DNA from: the human T2T-CHM13v2.0 reference genome, Homo sapiens
NCBI RefSeq assembly: GCF_009914755.1
Contig: NC_060937.1
Direction: 5' to 3' (one strand)
DNA: 64,000 bases
This document shows positions 1 to 12,308 of this stretch, in pieces. Below the pieces are notes generated by a model. It saw only the letters and a list, made by a program, of their open reading frames with translations. It did not search any database and was not told the origin of the DNA. The first letter of the stretch is position 1, and every line of letters starts with the position of its first letter. The position numbers were made by a program, and so were the translations under genes.

Positions 1-63
1 TTTTATTAATATTGTATTTTTTGATGTTTTTTAAATCATTTTTGATAATATTGTTTAAATGTT

Positions 64-1745
64 TCCACTATCCAAAGTGATCTACAGATTCAATGCAATT
101 CCCATCAAAATTCCAATGACATTTTTCACAGAAGTAAAAAAAAAATCTTAAGATTCACATGGAACCACAAAAGACCCAGAACGACCAAAGCAATCTTGAG
201 CAAAATGAACAAAGCTGAAGGCATCACACTACCTGATTTCAAAATCTCCTACAAAGCTATAGTAATCAAAATAGCATGGTACTAGCATAAAAGCATACAC
301 ATAGGCCAGTGGAATGGAAGACAGAACCCAGAAATAAGTTCCCACACTTATGGTCAGTTAATTTTCAACAAAGGTGTCAAGAACACATAATGGGAATGGA
401 TAGCCTCTTCAGTAAATGGTGCCGAGAAAACTGGATATCCACATGCAGAAGAATAAAGTTAGACCCTTATCTCGCACCATATACAGAAATCAACTCAAAC
501 CGAATTAAAGACTTAGACATAAAATCTGAAATTGTAAAACTACCAGAAGCTCCATGACATTGATCCAAGCAGTGATTTTTTTCAGTATGACCCCAAAGGC
601 ACAGGCAACAAAAGCAAAAATAGACAAATGGGATGTAATCAAATTAAAAAGCTTCTGCACAGCAAACAAAATTACCCGAGTGAAGAGACAAACTATGAAA
701 AAGGAGAAAATATATGTATGCAAACCATATATCTGATAAGGGGTTAATATCCCAAATATATAAGGAACAATTCAATAGTTTAAAAAAAAACAATTTAAAA
801 ATGGGCAATGGACCTGAACAAACATTTCTCAAGAGAAGACATACAAATGGTCAATAGTTGTAAGAAAAAAATGTTCAACATCACTAATCATCAGGAAAAT
901 TCAAATTAAAACCACAACGCCTCACACCTGTTGGAATGGTTATTATAAAAAAAGATGACAAGTTAAGTGTTGGTGAGGATGTGGTGAAAAGGGAACCACA
1001 CTATTGGCCAGGATGTAAATTAGTATGGTCATAATGGAAAACAGTATAGAGGTTCCTCAAAATAGAACTACCATATGATCAAGCAATCCCACTACTGGGT
1101 ATATATCTAAAGGATATGACATCAGTATGTTGAAAAGGTATCTATACTATCATGTCCATTGCATCATTATTCACAATAGCCAAGATATGAAATCAATGTA
1201 AGTGTCCACCAACAGATGAATGAATATAAAAACTGTGGTATACATACACAATGGAATGCTATTCAGCCTGGGAAGCAAATCCTATTATTTTCAACAGCAT
1301 GGATGAACTTGGAGAACGTGATGTTAAATGAAATAAGCCAGGCACAGAAAGACAAATACCACATGATCTCACTTATCTGTGAAATCTAAAAAAAATTAAC
1401 TCATAGAAACAGAGTAAAATGGTGGTTACCAGAGGCTGGAGTGTAGAGGCACTGATAAGATGTTAGTCACAGAACACAAAATTTCAGTTAGATAGGAGGA
1501 ACATGTTCAAGACACCTACTGTACATCATGGTGACCATAGTTAATAATAACAATATATTATATACTCGAAGTCTTTGAGAGAGTAGATTTTAAAGGTTCT
1601 CACCACACAAAAAAGTTAAGAATGTGAGGTAATGCATATCTTAAATGGCTTGATTTAACCATTCTACAATGTATATGGGTATCAAAACATCATGTTTTAT
1701 ACCATAAATGTATAAAATTTTTACTTATCAATTGAAATAAAATTT
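64..1745 (+). mobile_element. L1MA-type LINE-1, ORF2 3' part plus 3' UTR (5'-truncated, degenerate)
   Basis: ORF2-like peptides ([41 protein letters not shown]) and an L1MA-type 3' UTR. Confidence 0.9.
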
Positions 1746-1950
1746 TTAATGGGAGAAAAACTTGAATAGACATTTCTCCAAAGAAGACATAAAAATGGCC
1801 GACAGGGATATGAAAAGATGCTTGACTTCACTAATCATTACAGAAACGCAAAGCAAAATACAATGAGATACCACCTCACTCCTCTTAGGAAGCCTATTAC
1901 CAAAAAGAGAAGAGACCACAAGTGTTGGGGAGGATGTGTAGAAAAGGGAA
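1746..1950 (+). mobile_element. Second old L1 ORF2 fragment
   Basis: gaatagacatttctccaaagaagacata...atgagataccacctcac. Confidence 0.75.
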
Positions 1951-2392
1951 AAAATCCTTTTTGATAATGTTTAAGTCACAGATCAAGTCCCCTTATCAAA
2001 ATAACCATAAGTGAAATTACTAAGTGGCTTCACAGAAAACATGTATCCGGCTAATAAATGGGAGGAGGTCAACCCTATTTGTTATTGGCTATATCAAAGA
2101 CTGTGATTCTAGACACATCAGGATAAACACATATAAATCAAATAATACCTGTTCTTACTCACCTTGCATTGAATTTATTCCCTAGCAACACTGGTATGAG
2201 ACTCAGGAACTATTCAGCCACTGGCTCAATTTCTTACCTGCTGGAGCAAATACCTACACAGGTTTGGAAGCAATCTTGTGCAATCCCTTGTCTCTTAATA
2301 ACCACAACAGACTATTCATGTCCAAAACTAAATGAAAGAAAAAGCATCCCCAAAACAAAAAGCTTTAAACAGAAGTAGAAAGAATGAATATT

Positions 2393-2697
2393 GGCCAGGC
2401 ACAGTGGCTCACACCTGTAATCCCAGAACTTTGGGAGGCTGAGGCAGGTAGATTGCTCAAGCCCAGGAGTTTGAGATCAGCCCAGGCAACATGGGGAGAC
2501 CCTGTCTGGAAAAAATACAAAAAAAAAAAAAATAGATGGGCATGGTGGTGCATGCCTGTAGTCCCAGCTACTCGGGAGGCTGAGGTGGGATGACTGCTTG
2601 AGCCTGAGAGTTCAAGGCTGCAGTCAGCTATGATTGTGCCATCATACTCCAGCCTGGGCGACAAGAGACTGTCTCAGAAGAAAAAGAAAACAAAAAA
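2393..2697 (+). mobile_element. AluJ
   Basis: Full dimer with J-type diagnostics (gagcccaggagtt, aggctgcagt) and gaatgaata TSD. Confidence 0.9.
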
Positions 2698-2724
2698 GGA
2701 ATGAATACCTTCAAAATATAAACA

Positions 2725-2962
2725 TTTTTTTTTTTTTTGAGACGGAGTCTCACTCTGTCTCCCAGGCTGGAGTGCAGTGGCGCGATCTCGCTCACTGCAA
2801 GCTCCGCCTCCCAGGTTCACACCATTCTCCTGCCTCAGCCTCCCGAGTAGCTGGAGCTACAGGCGCCCCTCACCGCGCCTGACTAATTTTTTGTATTTTT
2901 AGTAGAGACGGGGTTTCACCGTGGTCTCGATCTCCTGACCTCGTGATCCACCCGCCTCGGCC
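2725..2962 (-). mobile_element. 5'-truncated AluY, Yd-like (12-bp left-arm deletion)
   Basis: Y diagnostics. Minus strand reads gagatcgagaccacggtgaaacc. TSD caaaatataaac at 2712-2723 and 2963-2974. Confidence 0.85.
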
Positions 2963-3028
2963 CAAAATATAAACTTTTAAGTATCTGCTGTATATATCAA
3001 CAATATTATTCAGATGGAACTTTCAAGA

Positions 3029-3170
3029 TGGGTGCAGTGGCTTATGCCTGTAATCTCAGCCTGTGGGAGGTCAAAGCGGGAGGATCACTTGAGTCCAGCC
3101 TAGACTCAAGTTCAAGACCAGCCTGGCCAACACAGAAAGACCCTGTCTCTATTTTTGAATTAAATATTAA
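3029..3170 (+). mobile_element. Alu left monomer (FLAM/AluJ fragment)
   Basis: gggtgcagtggcttatgcctgtaatc...gaccctgtctct. Confidence 0.8.
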
Positions 3171-6100
3171 AATAGAAAGAGAAAAAAGAAGATGGAACCC
3201 ATCAGAGCAGCTAGTGAACCTCACACCTCTGCTGCTCCAGCTTGAAGCTTGAAGCTGGCTCCTTCTGTATTTAGACCTCCCTCGGCACTTGCCCCAATAC
3301 TCACGCTCGAATTATTCATAATCATTGATCTCTTTCACTAGACTTGCAAGATCCTGTAAGAGCTAGGATCCCTGGGTCACTGATCTTTGCATCCTTCACA
3401 CATTTATAACTGTGCTTTATTCACTGTTTAAGTGAAAACTCTTGAAAGCCCACACTTCCATATTCTTGTTTTATGTTGCTTATAAGAACAAAGAGAAAAT
3501 GCTAAATTACTTTTTCATGAATTCATTTTGTGAACTATACATGATGGATTTCTGATATACTTTGGGAAATACTCCTCTGACAATTTATCAACAGGAGGAA
3601 GGGCCAAAGAAAGGAATAGACTATAATGGGAAGAAAAATTAAAATAACATCAGGAAGCAAGCAAGCATGTGTACTTAAAATAACATTAGGAAGCAAACAT
3701 TGAATATCTGGCATTCTCTACAGGTATTAAAATCAACAGGGGACACAAAATTCAGCCTTCATTAAGGGGGTGCTTCAGTACTGTTGGGTTTGTTTATTAT
3801 TTTGGGGAGGACTTGGGGGGAGTAGAGGGAAGGGATGAAACAAGCAAAGCTCAAACATGACAGTAAAATGCTTCGTGTCATGAAACAGATCTCAAACACA
3901 TTTCTGCTTTTGTAACATTCTATGCTAAGGTCTGAGGTGAACTACCAAATAAGATTTTAAAGGAAAAAAACCTGAAAATTTACCTGGGCAATGTTCATGT
4001 TTTTTACATATCCTTCCAGCATGTTTCACCCTCTACCCTTAAACTTTTGTTAGTCATATTTGGATTAAATACAGTAATGGAAAACCAGTATAACGTTTGC
4101 TGGTGTGAATCTATACTAGATTTTTCCAGAAAAATGAACAAGTCAGGAATTAATGTATAATAATTTCCTTTAGCTCTTATGAATAAAATCAAGACTCTTT
4201 TAATCTAAATCACTCTATGTACAGAATCAGGTGACTGAACACAACAGAAATAAAAATATAACAACTGAGGAGCAATTTTCTTCCAAAATGGTTTTTGGCA
4301 ACCCAGTTCCCCGGATTAGTTCCTCTTGATCATTTTGAAATGGAATCACTCTTCATCTGAAGCAACATTGCAAAAGTCTTTGCCTTCTTGGACAGAGGCT
4401 TGCCGCAAACATAAACAGGGCAGATTGAGGGTGAAGTAAATAGGAGAATGCCACCCTCGCTGCAACCCCTTTCATCACACATTTCATAGGCTCCCATATT
4501 TCCAGCCATGACAGCTTTGGTCTTTGATGGAACACAGCCAACCTTCAGAGCAGTAATGATGACAGTAGGCCCCCTCCCTATACACTCCTGCATCCTAAGA
4601 GGTAAGAGTGAATTAACTGTGGAAACTGCCTTTGCCGAATCACCTGACCACCACAAATTTCTCAAACCACATACCCAGGTTATCATTACACAGAGTCGCA
4701 AGTGGTGGCAATCCTAGTTTTCTGTGAGTAACTTTTTTGGTGTTTTCTTTTTAAGTATTAAAACCACCAAATGTATGTTTTCAAATCGTAAAATCACGTG
4801 TTGGAGAAAAGAATGAAGCATATCTTTCTGGTAACAAAGGAAAGAAAGTTAATTGTCTTACCCTAATCTAAAAAATAAGTCAATATGGAAATCAACAACC
4901 TATGGAAGGCAAAGTAAAATTCCCCCTCTTCATAATCTCCATCACTGAAAGTAAATATTTTCATCTCATCACAAAGAAAAGTCCATCTAGTTTCAGAGTT
5001 CAATGAATAAGCCCGAAGTCTTAATATGGAACAGAACTTCAGGAATGAGTATGTACAGCAGAGTGATTTGAGGTTGACCCAGAGCTTTCTGGATCTCCTG
5101 GTCTGATTTGCAACATTTAAGCCTTCAGGGCTTGACAAATGCAGTGCCATTTGCTGAGATTTTCATGCCCAGGCATTTATATTGTTGTCATAAAAAAAAG
5201 TTGATAAAATTTTTCTTCCAAATCAATTTGGCAAGATAAAATAAAAGGTTTTAATTAAAATGATCCCAAAAATGCTTTTAAAATTTATTTAGATCGAACC
5301 ACTACTCTTTTAAAAAAGTATTGGGGGAGAAAAGAAAAAACAAAACACCTGAGAGAAATTGGAAAAAATTTAGGAAGAAAAAAGAGGAGAAAACTGGAGG
5401 GGAGAAAAATTGGACCAAAAAAGAAAAAATCTTTAAGGCACTGAAATGCAAAGAAAAACTTAGAAAAACCTTAGTCTGAGAACCCATAGGACTTTCAGAG
5501 CATAGAACCATCTGCAGAACTTGAACAGAATAAATAGATTTTTAGCTGAATTTTGTAATCTACATAATAATGTATTCCAAAAAGCACCCATCTGGAATAG
5601 GAGAAGAGCTAGAGTTAGTCCACATAGAATGAGCAAGACTAGATAAAGGTATTTCACTCTAAATCTCCAGAGAAGGGTTAAGCAGAACAAGCTCTACCAT
5701 TGCACACAGACAATGAACACAGAAAAAGAAAATTATGACAAATACACATGACAGTTGAGAATATGAGTTTACATGAAATATTCTCACAATATCTGTAGCT
5801 ACATCTCACTGAAGATATACTCTGTAACTGGAAATTTATAAAATTTACTCTATAATCTTGATAGATGACAAACATTACAGCCTTTAGTTGGAAGACATTC
5901 CTTTCTCACTGTGAAATATACATCGCTTTAAAGGCTGACAGCTTTTACTCTGAAAAATGAGTCATTTAGCATTGTTTCATTTCTTTAAAAATTAAACAAA
6001 TGGTATTTTTGTGAATTCTAAATAGGCCATTTTCAAAACAGTCCACACTGTCCCCTCGTGCCCCACCCAAGCACGTACTTCAAAATCTCTTTTGTTTCTT

Positions 6101-8480
6101 AATATCTGTATCTTCTTTCCAAATATGACCAAAGGGTCACACTACCGGAATTTATAAAGCAGAATGAGAAACTGACAGAAATAGGGAAGAGGACATCTCA
6201 AGGGCTTTTCTTGTTAAGCGTCGTTGCTATACATCAGCTTAGTACTCCAGGCTCATCGGGGGACAGATGGAGAAATCACAACTTGCCAAATGTTTATTAT
6301 ATGTGCAGATGGCTGTTTCTGTTTTGAATCTTCCATTCTTTTATTTCCCCATCGATTTGTGTAGATATGAACAGTTGCTCCCTTAAGGCTTTATCCTGTG
6401 TAATTAGGGTTCCTCCGGTACAGCACTTCACTCTCTCTCCATCCACCCCTTCCTTTTCATATGGTCAGCGCAGCTCCATCCCTGAGTGTGTCTGCTCACA
6501 TTTACCTTCCCATGCCACTCCACCCACAATCTTGCCAGTGTAACTCAGAATGTCCTTGCTGATAACCATTCAGTGAAAGACAAGGTGAACCAAAGCTTTG
6601 TGGTTAAAATAAGCTGGACTCAAACTCAACTCCTGAGGGGTGCCCAGCAAATGAACACTCCTGGCAAGCTTAAGCTAAGCTATTTCTGGAGGTGTCCCAG
6701 GGAGAATAAAAGGGAAATGAGGCATCAATGGGCTTTACAACAGCTGTACTAAATTCCTTTAAACAATCAATTATAGAAGATTATCTAGAAATTATAACTG
6801 GTGTAATTAGCTAGTTGATATAAAGAAGCTAGTAATTATACATGCAAATTATCATTATGAACAACCTGAGTTTTGGCTTTGTTTCCATGCAATTTTCATT
6901 CTGAAGAACTTTGAGAAAACAGTTTCCATAACCTGTCAAGTATATGGGTGCTAGGGTTATAGAAAACTCTTTTGTACTATTTTCTTTAACTTCCTAAATG
7001 ATCTTAATCCCCTGTTCTAATCCCAATTATGTCGCTAAAGCTGTCAGGTGACCTTCAGTATGATACCTAACTGTCACACAAAAGCTTATTTTCACATCTA
7101 TAAAATTCAGATAAGAACATCTTCCTTGGATAAACAACTTAATTTCTACTTGGTGCCTGGGAACTTCAGCATGAGTAACTCCATTTTGGTTTGGTCTGTT
7201 GGGACTAAGGATCCCAACCTTTGGTCTGTTGGTCTAAGGATCAGAGTTAGGTAACAACTGTAATGATGAAAAGTAATAAAAAGAATTTCATATTGCATTC
7301 TTCTTACCAAAGATCTTTACTAAGTAACTATTTGCATGGAATTCAAAAGGCAAATCATTGCCTTTTCACTGAATTAACATTTACTGAGTATCTATAATGT
7401 TTCAGGATCTGTACTGGTACTAAAGATTCAGATAATTTATATTCTAGAAATAGGATATGAAAGAAGACATGGACTTGTGCACATAAAATTTTAAAACAGC
7501 TTGTTACCTATTAAGAAATATTGAGAGGAACCAGGAAAGGAAGGAGTAGTCTCACTCCAGTCTAAGGGTTAAGAATGGACATTTTAGAAGAATTAGATTT
7601 GCTTGAACTGAGTCTACAGGAATCAGTAAAACTTAGTCAACTGGAGTGAGAAAGTGGATAAAGATTCCAGGCCAAGTCCATTCTTTGGTGAAAAGTAACA
7701 GACACCCAATTCAAACTAGCTTAAGCAAATAAAGAGCACTCATTTTTCTTGTGTAACCAGAAGTAGGCAGTGTGGAGTTGGCTTTACAGACAAATCAAAC
7801 TAGAGCCTTCCAGCTCCATGACTGGAGAGAATGGTATCTAGTGTGAAATATTCAGGGAAAAGCTCCACTTGATCTGGCCCATCCCTGGGGCAAGCATCTC
7901 AGCCAAGGGATAAATGTATTAACTGCCCAGATGTTCTATGGCCCCAGGAACCTCGTGAGACTATGACTAAAAGGTCCATTGAAACTCCATGTTCTGAGGC
8001 AGCAGTTTTCTGTAGCTCACTGTGGTTCTAAGCAGACAAAACAACGATGTCCATGACACTGCAGGAATGTCAACAACCACACAAATAAATAAAACATCAT
8101 GGGTCGGGTGGAGAGAAGCACTGGGGACTATGAAGAGGGCAGAACCAGAATTCTGCCAGCAATATAAAAAGGCAATGTTTGACCTGGAGGTGTGGGAATT
8201 TATAACTACTGTTAGTTAAAAATGAAATGGCACACAGAAAGCAATTTAGAATGTATAGTTAATACTTAAACGGAATAACTATTTACAAGTAAAGACATAG
8301 AAGAAAGGAACTAATATTTTCAAGTGTCTGATGCACTTTCTATAGCCTCACAACCATACATAAGATAGGTATTATCATCTTCATCTTATAAATGAGTCAG
8401 CTGAGATCGAAGATTTCTCAGGCTGTAAAAGACATGCAGCCAGCAAGAAGTGGCATTGGCATTAAAAATAATGCCTGTCT

Positions 8481-8587
8481 GGAGAATGTCGTGAACCCGG
8501 AAGGCAGAGCTTGCAGTAAGCCAAGATCATGCCACTACACTCTAGCCTGGGCGACAGACCGAGACTGACTCAAAAAAAAAAAAAAAA
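8481..8587 (+). mobile_element. Strongly 5'-truncated AluY-like element
   Basis: Right-arm 3' end plus poly-A, flanked by the TSD aaaat(a/c)atgcctgtctg. Confidence 0.85.
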
Positions 8588-9334
8588 TCATGCCTGTCTG
8601 TCACAATGCCTATGCTCTTTGCATGGTGCCTCTAATAAGGATTAGAGCAAATAACTGAAAGGAAAAAAAAATACACAATACAAAAGAGCCTACCCTACTT
8701 CACTTACACTTATTGCCTCAACTCTCACTCACCATTCCATGCCATTCAATAAATATTGCATATTTACCATGCATGAGTCATTTTCTGTCATGCCATGGTG
8801 ACCCACGTACTGCCACTCATTCATCAGATCCATCTCAGGTGCCAGTGGCATTCCTCAGCCTTATTCTCTCACACATGGTGGAAAACAGAGGAAGCTGCCC
8901 TGTCCATTTATCCAAAACATTCTTCAAACCATACTGCCTTACTATGTAGCACTCACTAAGTATGTATGGAAGTAGAGTGTTTTTTTAAGGGCTCATAGAT
9001 TCTTTGTACAATCTGTTCCGATTCCTGCCCTAATATATCTACCCAAAGTATCAAGACAAGAGAGCATAAGCCATAAAATAAAAACAATCTACTGTCCCTT
9101 GTTAAGAAATGAAAATACAAGATGCTTTTCCCTATTATAGACAGATAGGGAAGCATATGTGTAAAAGACAAAGGCAATGAATGCTCTTTAACCCATTATA
9201 TAATTACCTGCAAGAGAGGCAGCCCTTTCCTAACGTACTTGATTCATCTATTCTAATACACACAATACTCATTTTACACCATGTTATATTGATTCATACT
9301 ATAAATAAAAGAGAACGGCAAATTAAAAAGCTTC

Positions 9335-10294
9335 CCAAAGAAACTATCAACAGTAAACAGACAACCTATGAATGCGAAAAAATATTTGCAAACTATGCAT
9401 CTGACAAAAGTCTAACATCCAGTGTCTATAAGAAACTTAAACAAATTTACAAGGGAAAAACAACCCCTTTAAAAAGTGGGCAAAGGACATGAACAGACAC
9501 TTCTCAAAAGACATACATGTGGCCAACAAGCATATGAAAAAAAGCTCAATATCACTGATCATTAGAGAAACGCAAATCAAAACCACAGTGAGATACCATC
9601 TCTCATCAGTCAGAATGGCTATTACTAAAAGTCAAAAAATAACAGATGCTGGTGAGGTTGCAGAGAAAAGGAAATACTTATTCACTGTTGGTGGGAGAGT
9701 AAACTGGCTTAACCATCGTGGAAAGCAGTACAGCAATTCCTCAAAGAGCTAAAAGTAGAACTACCATTCAACTCAGCAATCCCACTACTGGGTATATATC
9801 CAGAGGAATATAAGTCATTCTGCCACAAAGACACATGCAGGCAATGTCCATGGCACACTATTCACAATAGCAAAGACATGGAATCAACTTAAATGCCCAT
9901 CAATGACAGACTGGATTTTAAAAGTGCGGAACATATATACCATAGAATACTATGCAGCCATAAAAAAGAACAAGATCATGTATTTGCCAGAACATGGGTG
10001 GTGCTGGAGGCTATTATCTTTAGCAAACTAACACAGGAACAGAAAACCAAATACCACATGTTCTCACTTATAAGTAAGAGCTAAATGATAAGAACTTAGG
10101 AACACAAAGAAGGAAACTACTTGAGGGTGGAGGGCGGGAGGAGGGAGAGGGGCAGAAAAGATAACTATTGTATTCTGGGCCTAATACCTGGGTGATGAAA
10201 TAATATGTACAACAAACCCCCGTGACATGTGTTTACCTATGTAACAAACCTTCACATGTACCCCCAAACCGAAAATAAAAGTTAACGAAATAAA
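9335..10294 (+). mobile_element. 5'-truncated L1PA15/16-type LINE-1
   Basis: ORF2 C-terminus and old L1PA 3' UTR. TSD taaaaagcttc at 9324-9334 and 10295-10305. Confidence 0.88.
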
Positions 10295-10497
10295 TAAAAA
10301 GCTTCAGATAACTAAAAATGTTTTTATATAAGATGAAATATTAATAACACAGACTCAACCTATAAAAAGAATATAAGTTGCATATTTCAAAATCTGTAAA
10401 ACAAAAAAGTTCTGAGAGTTTCACAGATCTAAAAACTGTTGCTTTCATACTAAGAAGAGGAAAGTTTAAAAGTTCAATTAAAACATACACAATTATA

Positions 10498-10972
10498 GGC
10501 CTGGTACGGTGGCTCATGACTGTAATCCCAGCACTTTGGGAGGCCAAGGCAGGCAAGTCACCTGAGGTTAGGCATTCGAGATTGGCCTGGCCAACATGGC
10601 AAAACCCTGTCTCTGCTAAAAATACAAAAATTAGCTGGGCGTTGTGGCAGGCACCTGTAAAAGACAAAGGCAATGAATGCTCTTTAACCCATTATATAAT
10701 TACCTGCAAGAGAGGCAGCCCTTTCCTAACGTACTTGATTCATCTATTCTAATACACACAATACTCATTTTACACCATGTTATATTGATTCATACTATAA
10801 ATAAAAGAGAATGGCAAATTAAAAAGCTTCCCAAAGAAACTATCAACAGTAAACAGACAACCTACAGAATGCGAAAAAATATCCCAGGAATCGCTTGAAC
10901 AGGGAGCCAAGATCACGCCACTGCACTCCAGCCTGGGAGACAGAGGGAGATTCTGTCTCAAAAAAAAAAAAA
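10498..10972 (+). mobile_element. AluS interrupted by a 227-bp copy of 9160-9385
   Basis: Left arm and linker to gcacctgtaa, then the foreign insert, then an internally deleted right arm and poly-A. Confidence 0.9.
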
Positions 10973-11604
10973 TACATAATTACGACTAAAAAAAAAAAAC
11001 TTTGATATAAGTGACATAATTAAAACATCTTTGTAAGAGAAATATATGATTCAGTCATGATAACTTGAAAGGAAAACTTCAGTAATAACTGTAACAAGGT
11101 TTTTAATTTAATCTTTACAAACTTTAAATATTAGATATTGAAATGCTAAGACAAGCAACAATCTTTAACACAAGGACATCACGTTGTTTCTAGAGGTAGT
11201 AAATCTGTATGCATAAACATACATATATTTCATATATCTGTCCACTGACAGATCCTAGAAGCTATGACACCCAGTGGCAACGAATATACCAAGTGTCCTG
11301 GTGTGGGTTTCTAAATACCATTCTCCACTAAAAGAATCTGGGAGTTTCTTGAAGAAATGGCTGACTGACAAGCTAGGTAAGTATAAAATAAGTCTGAAAT
11401 CCATTTTTGTGCCAAAAGTGCTCAAAGAATAACTAGGGTATGGGAAGAAGATACAGAAGTCAGTGTAAAAGAGTTGCCACTGGCAAACTCTGGGAAATAA
11501 TGACAGTAACTGGTTATAGCCCACTACCCAAAATAATAATCCATGAATCCACACTGATATAAACAAACAGACAAGAAAAGAAAGTTCTATTTTATATACA
11601 ATGG

Positions 11605-11952
11605 TGATATCATTTGGCTGTGTCCCCACCCAAATCTCATGTTGAATTGTAGCTCCCATAATCCCCACGTGTCATGGGAGGTAATTGAATCATGGCAGCA
11701 GGTTTTCCCATGCTGTTCTCATGATAGGGAATAAGTCTCACAAGATATGATGGTTTTATAAAGGGCACTTCCCCTGCACATGCTCTCCTGCCTGCCACCA
11801 TGTAAAATGTGCCTTTGCTCCTCCCTTCCCTTCTGCCATGATTATGAGGCCTCCCCAGCCATGTGGAACCGTGAGTCCATTCAAACTTTTTTTCTTTATA
11901 AATTACCCAGTCTCGGGTATTTCTTCATAGCAGTATGAAAATGGACTAACAC
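11605..11952 (+). mobile_element. THE1 (THE1C/D-like) solo LTR, ERVL-MaLR
   Basis: tgatatcatttggctgtgtccccacccaaatctc...ggactaacaca. TG...CA ends, aatgg/aatgc TSD. Confidence 0.9.
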
Positions 11953-12006
11953 AAATGCCAACTAGTTCATGAAGAAGGAATGGTGGAATCAAAAACTACC
12001 ATTTCA

Positions 12007-12308
12007 GGCTGGGTACAGTGGCTCACTCCCAAATCCCAGCACTTTGGGAGGCCAAGGCAGCCAGATCATTTAAGCTCAGGGGTTCAAGACTAACCTGGAC
12101 AACATGGTGAAACCCCATCTCTACAAAAAATACAAAAATTAACCAGGTGTGGTGGTGCATGCCTATAGTCCCAGCTACTCAGGAGGCTGAGGTGGGAGGA
12201 TCACCTGAGCTCAAGGAGGCTGAGGCTGCAAAGAGCCATGATTGCACCACTGCACTCCAGCCTGGGTGACAGAGTGAGACCCTGTCTCCAAAAAAAAAAA
12301 ACAAAAAA
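12007..12308 (+). mobile_element. AluJ
   Basis: Full dimer with J-type right arm. Confidence 0.88.

Noticed and set aside
4330-4717. 123-aa minus-strand ORF and overlapping ORFs in non-repetitive DNA
   Set aside because: No recognisable homology or convincing splice sites. It may be regulatory DNA, but sequence alone does not support a call.
309-10084. ORFs resembling reverse-transcriptase protein C-termini (309-832 and 9181-10084)
   Set aside because: They are frameshifted remnants of old 5'-truncated L1 ORF2 and are not functional.
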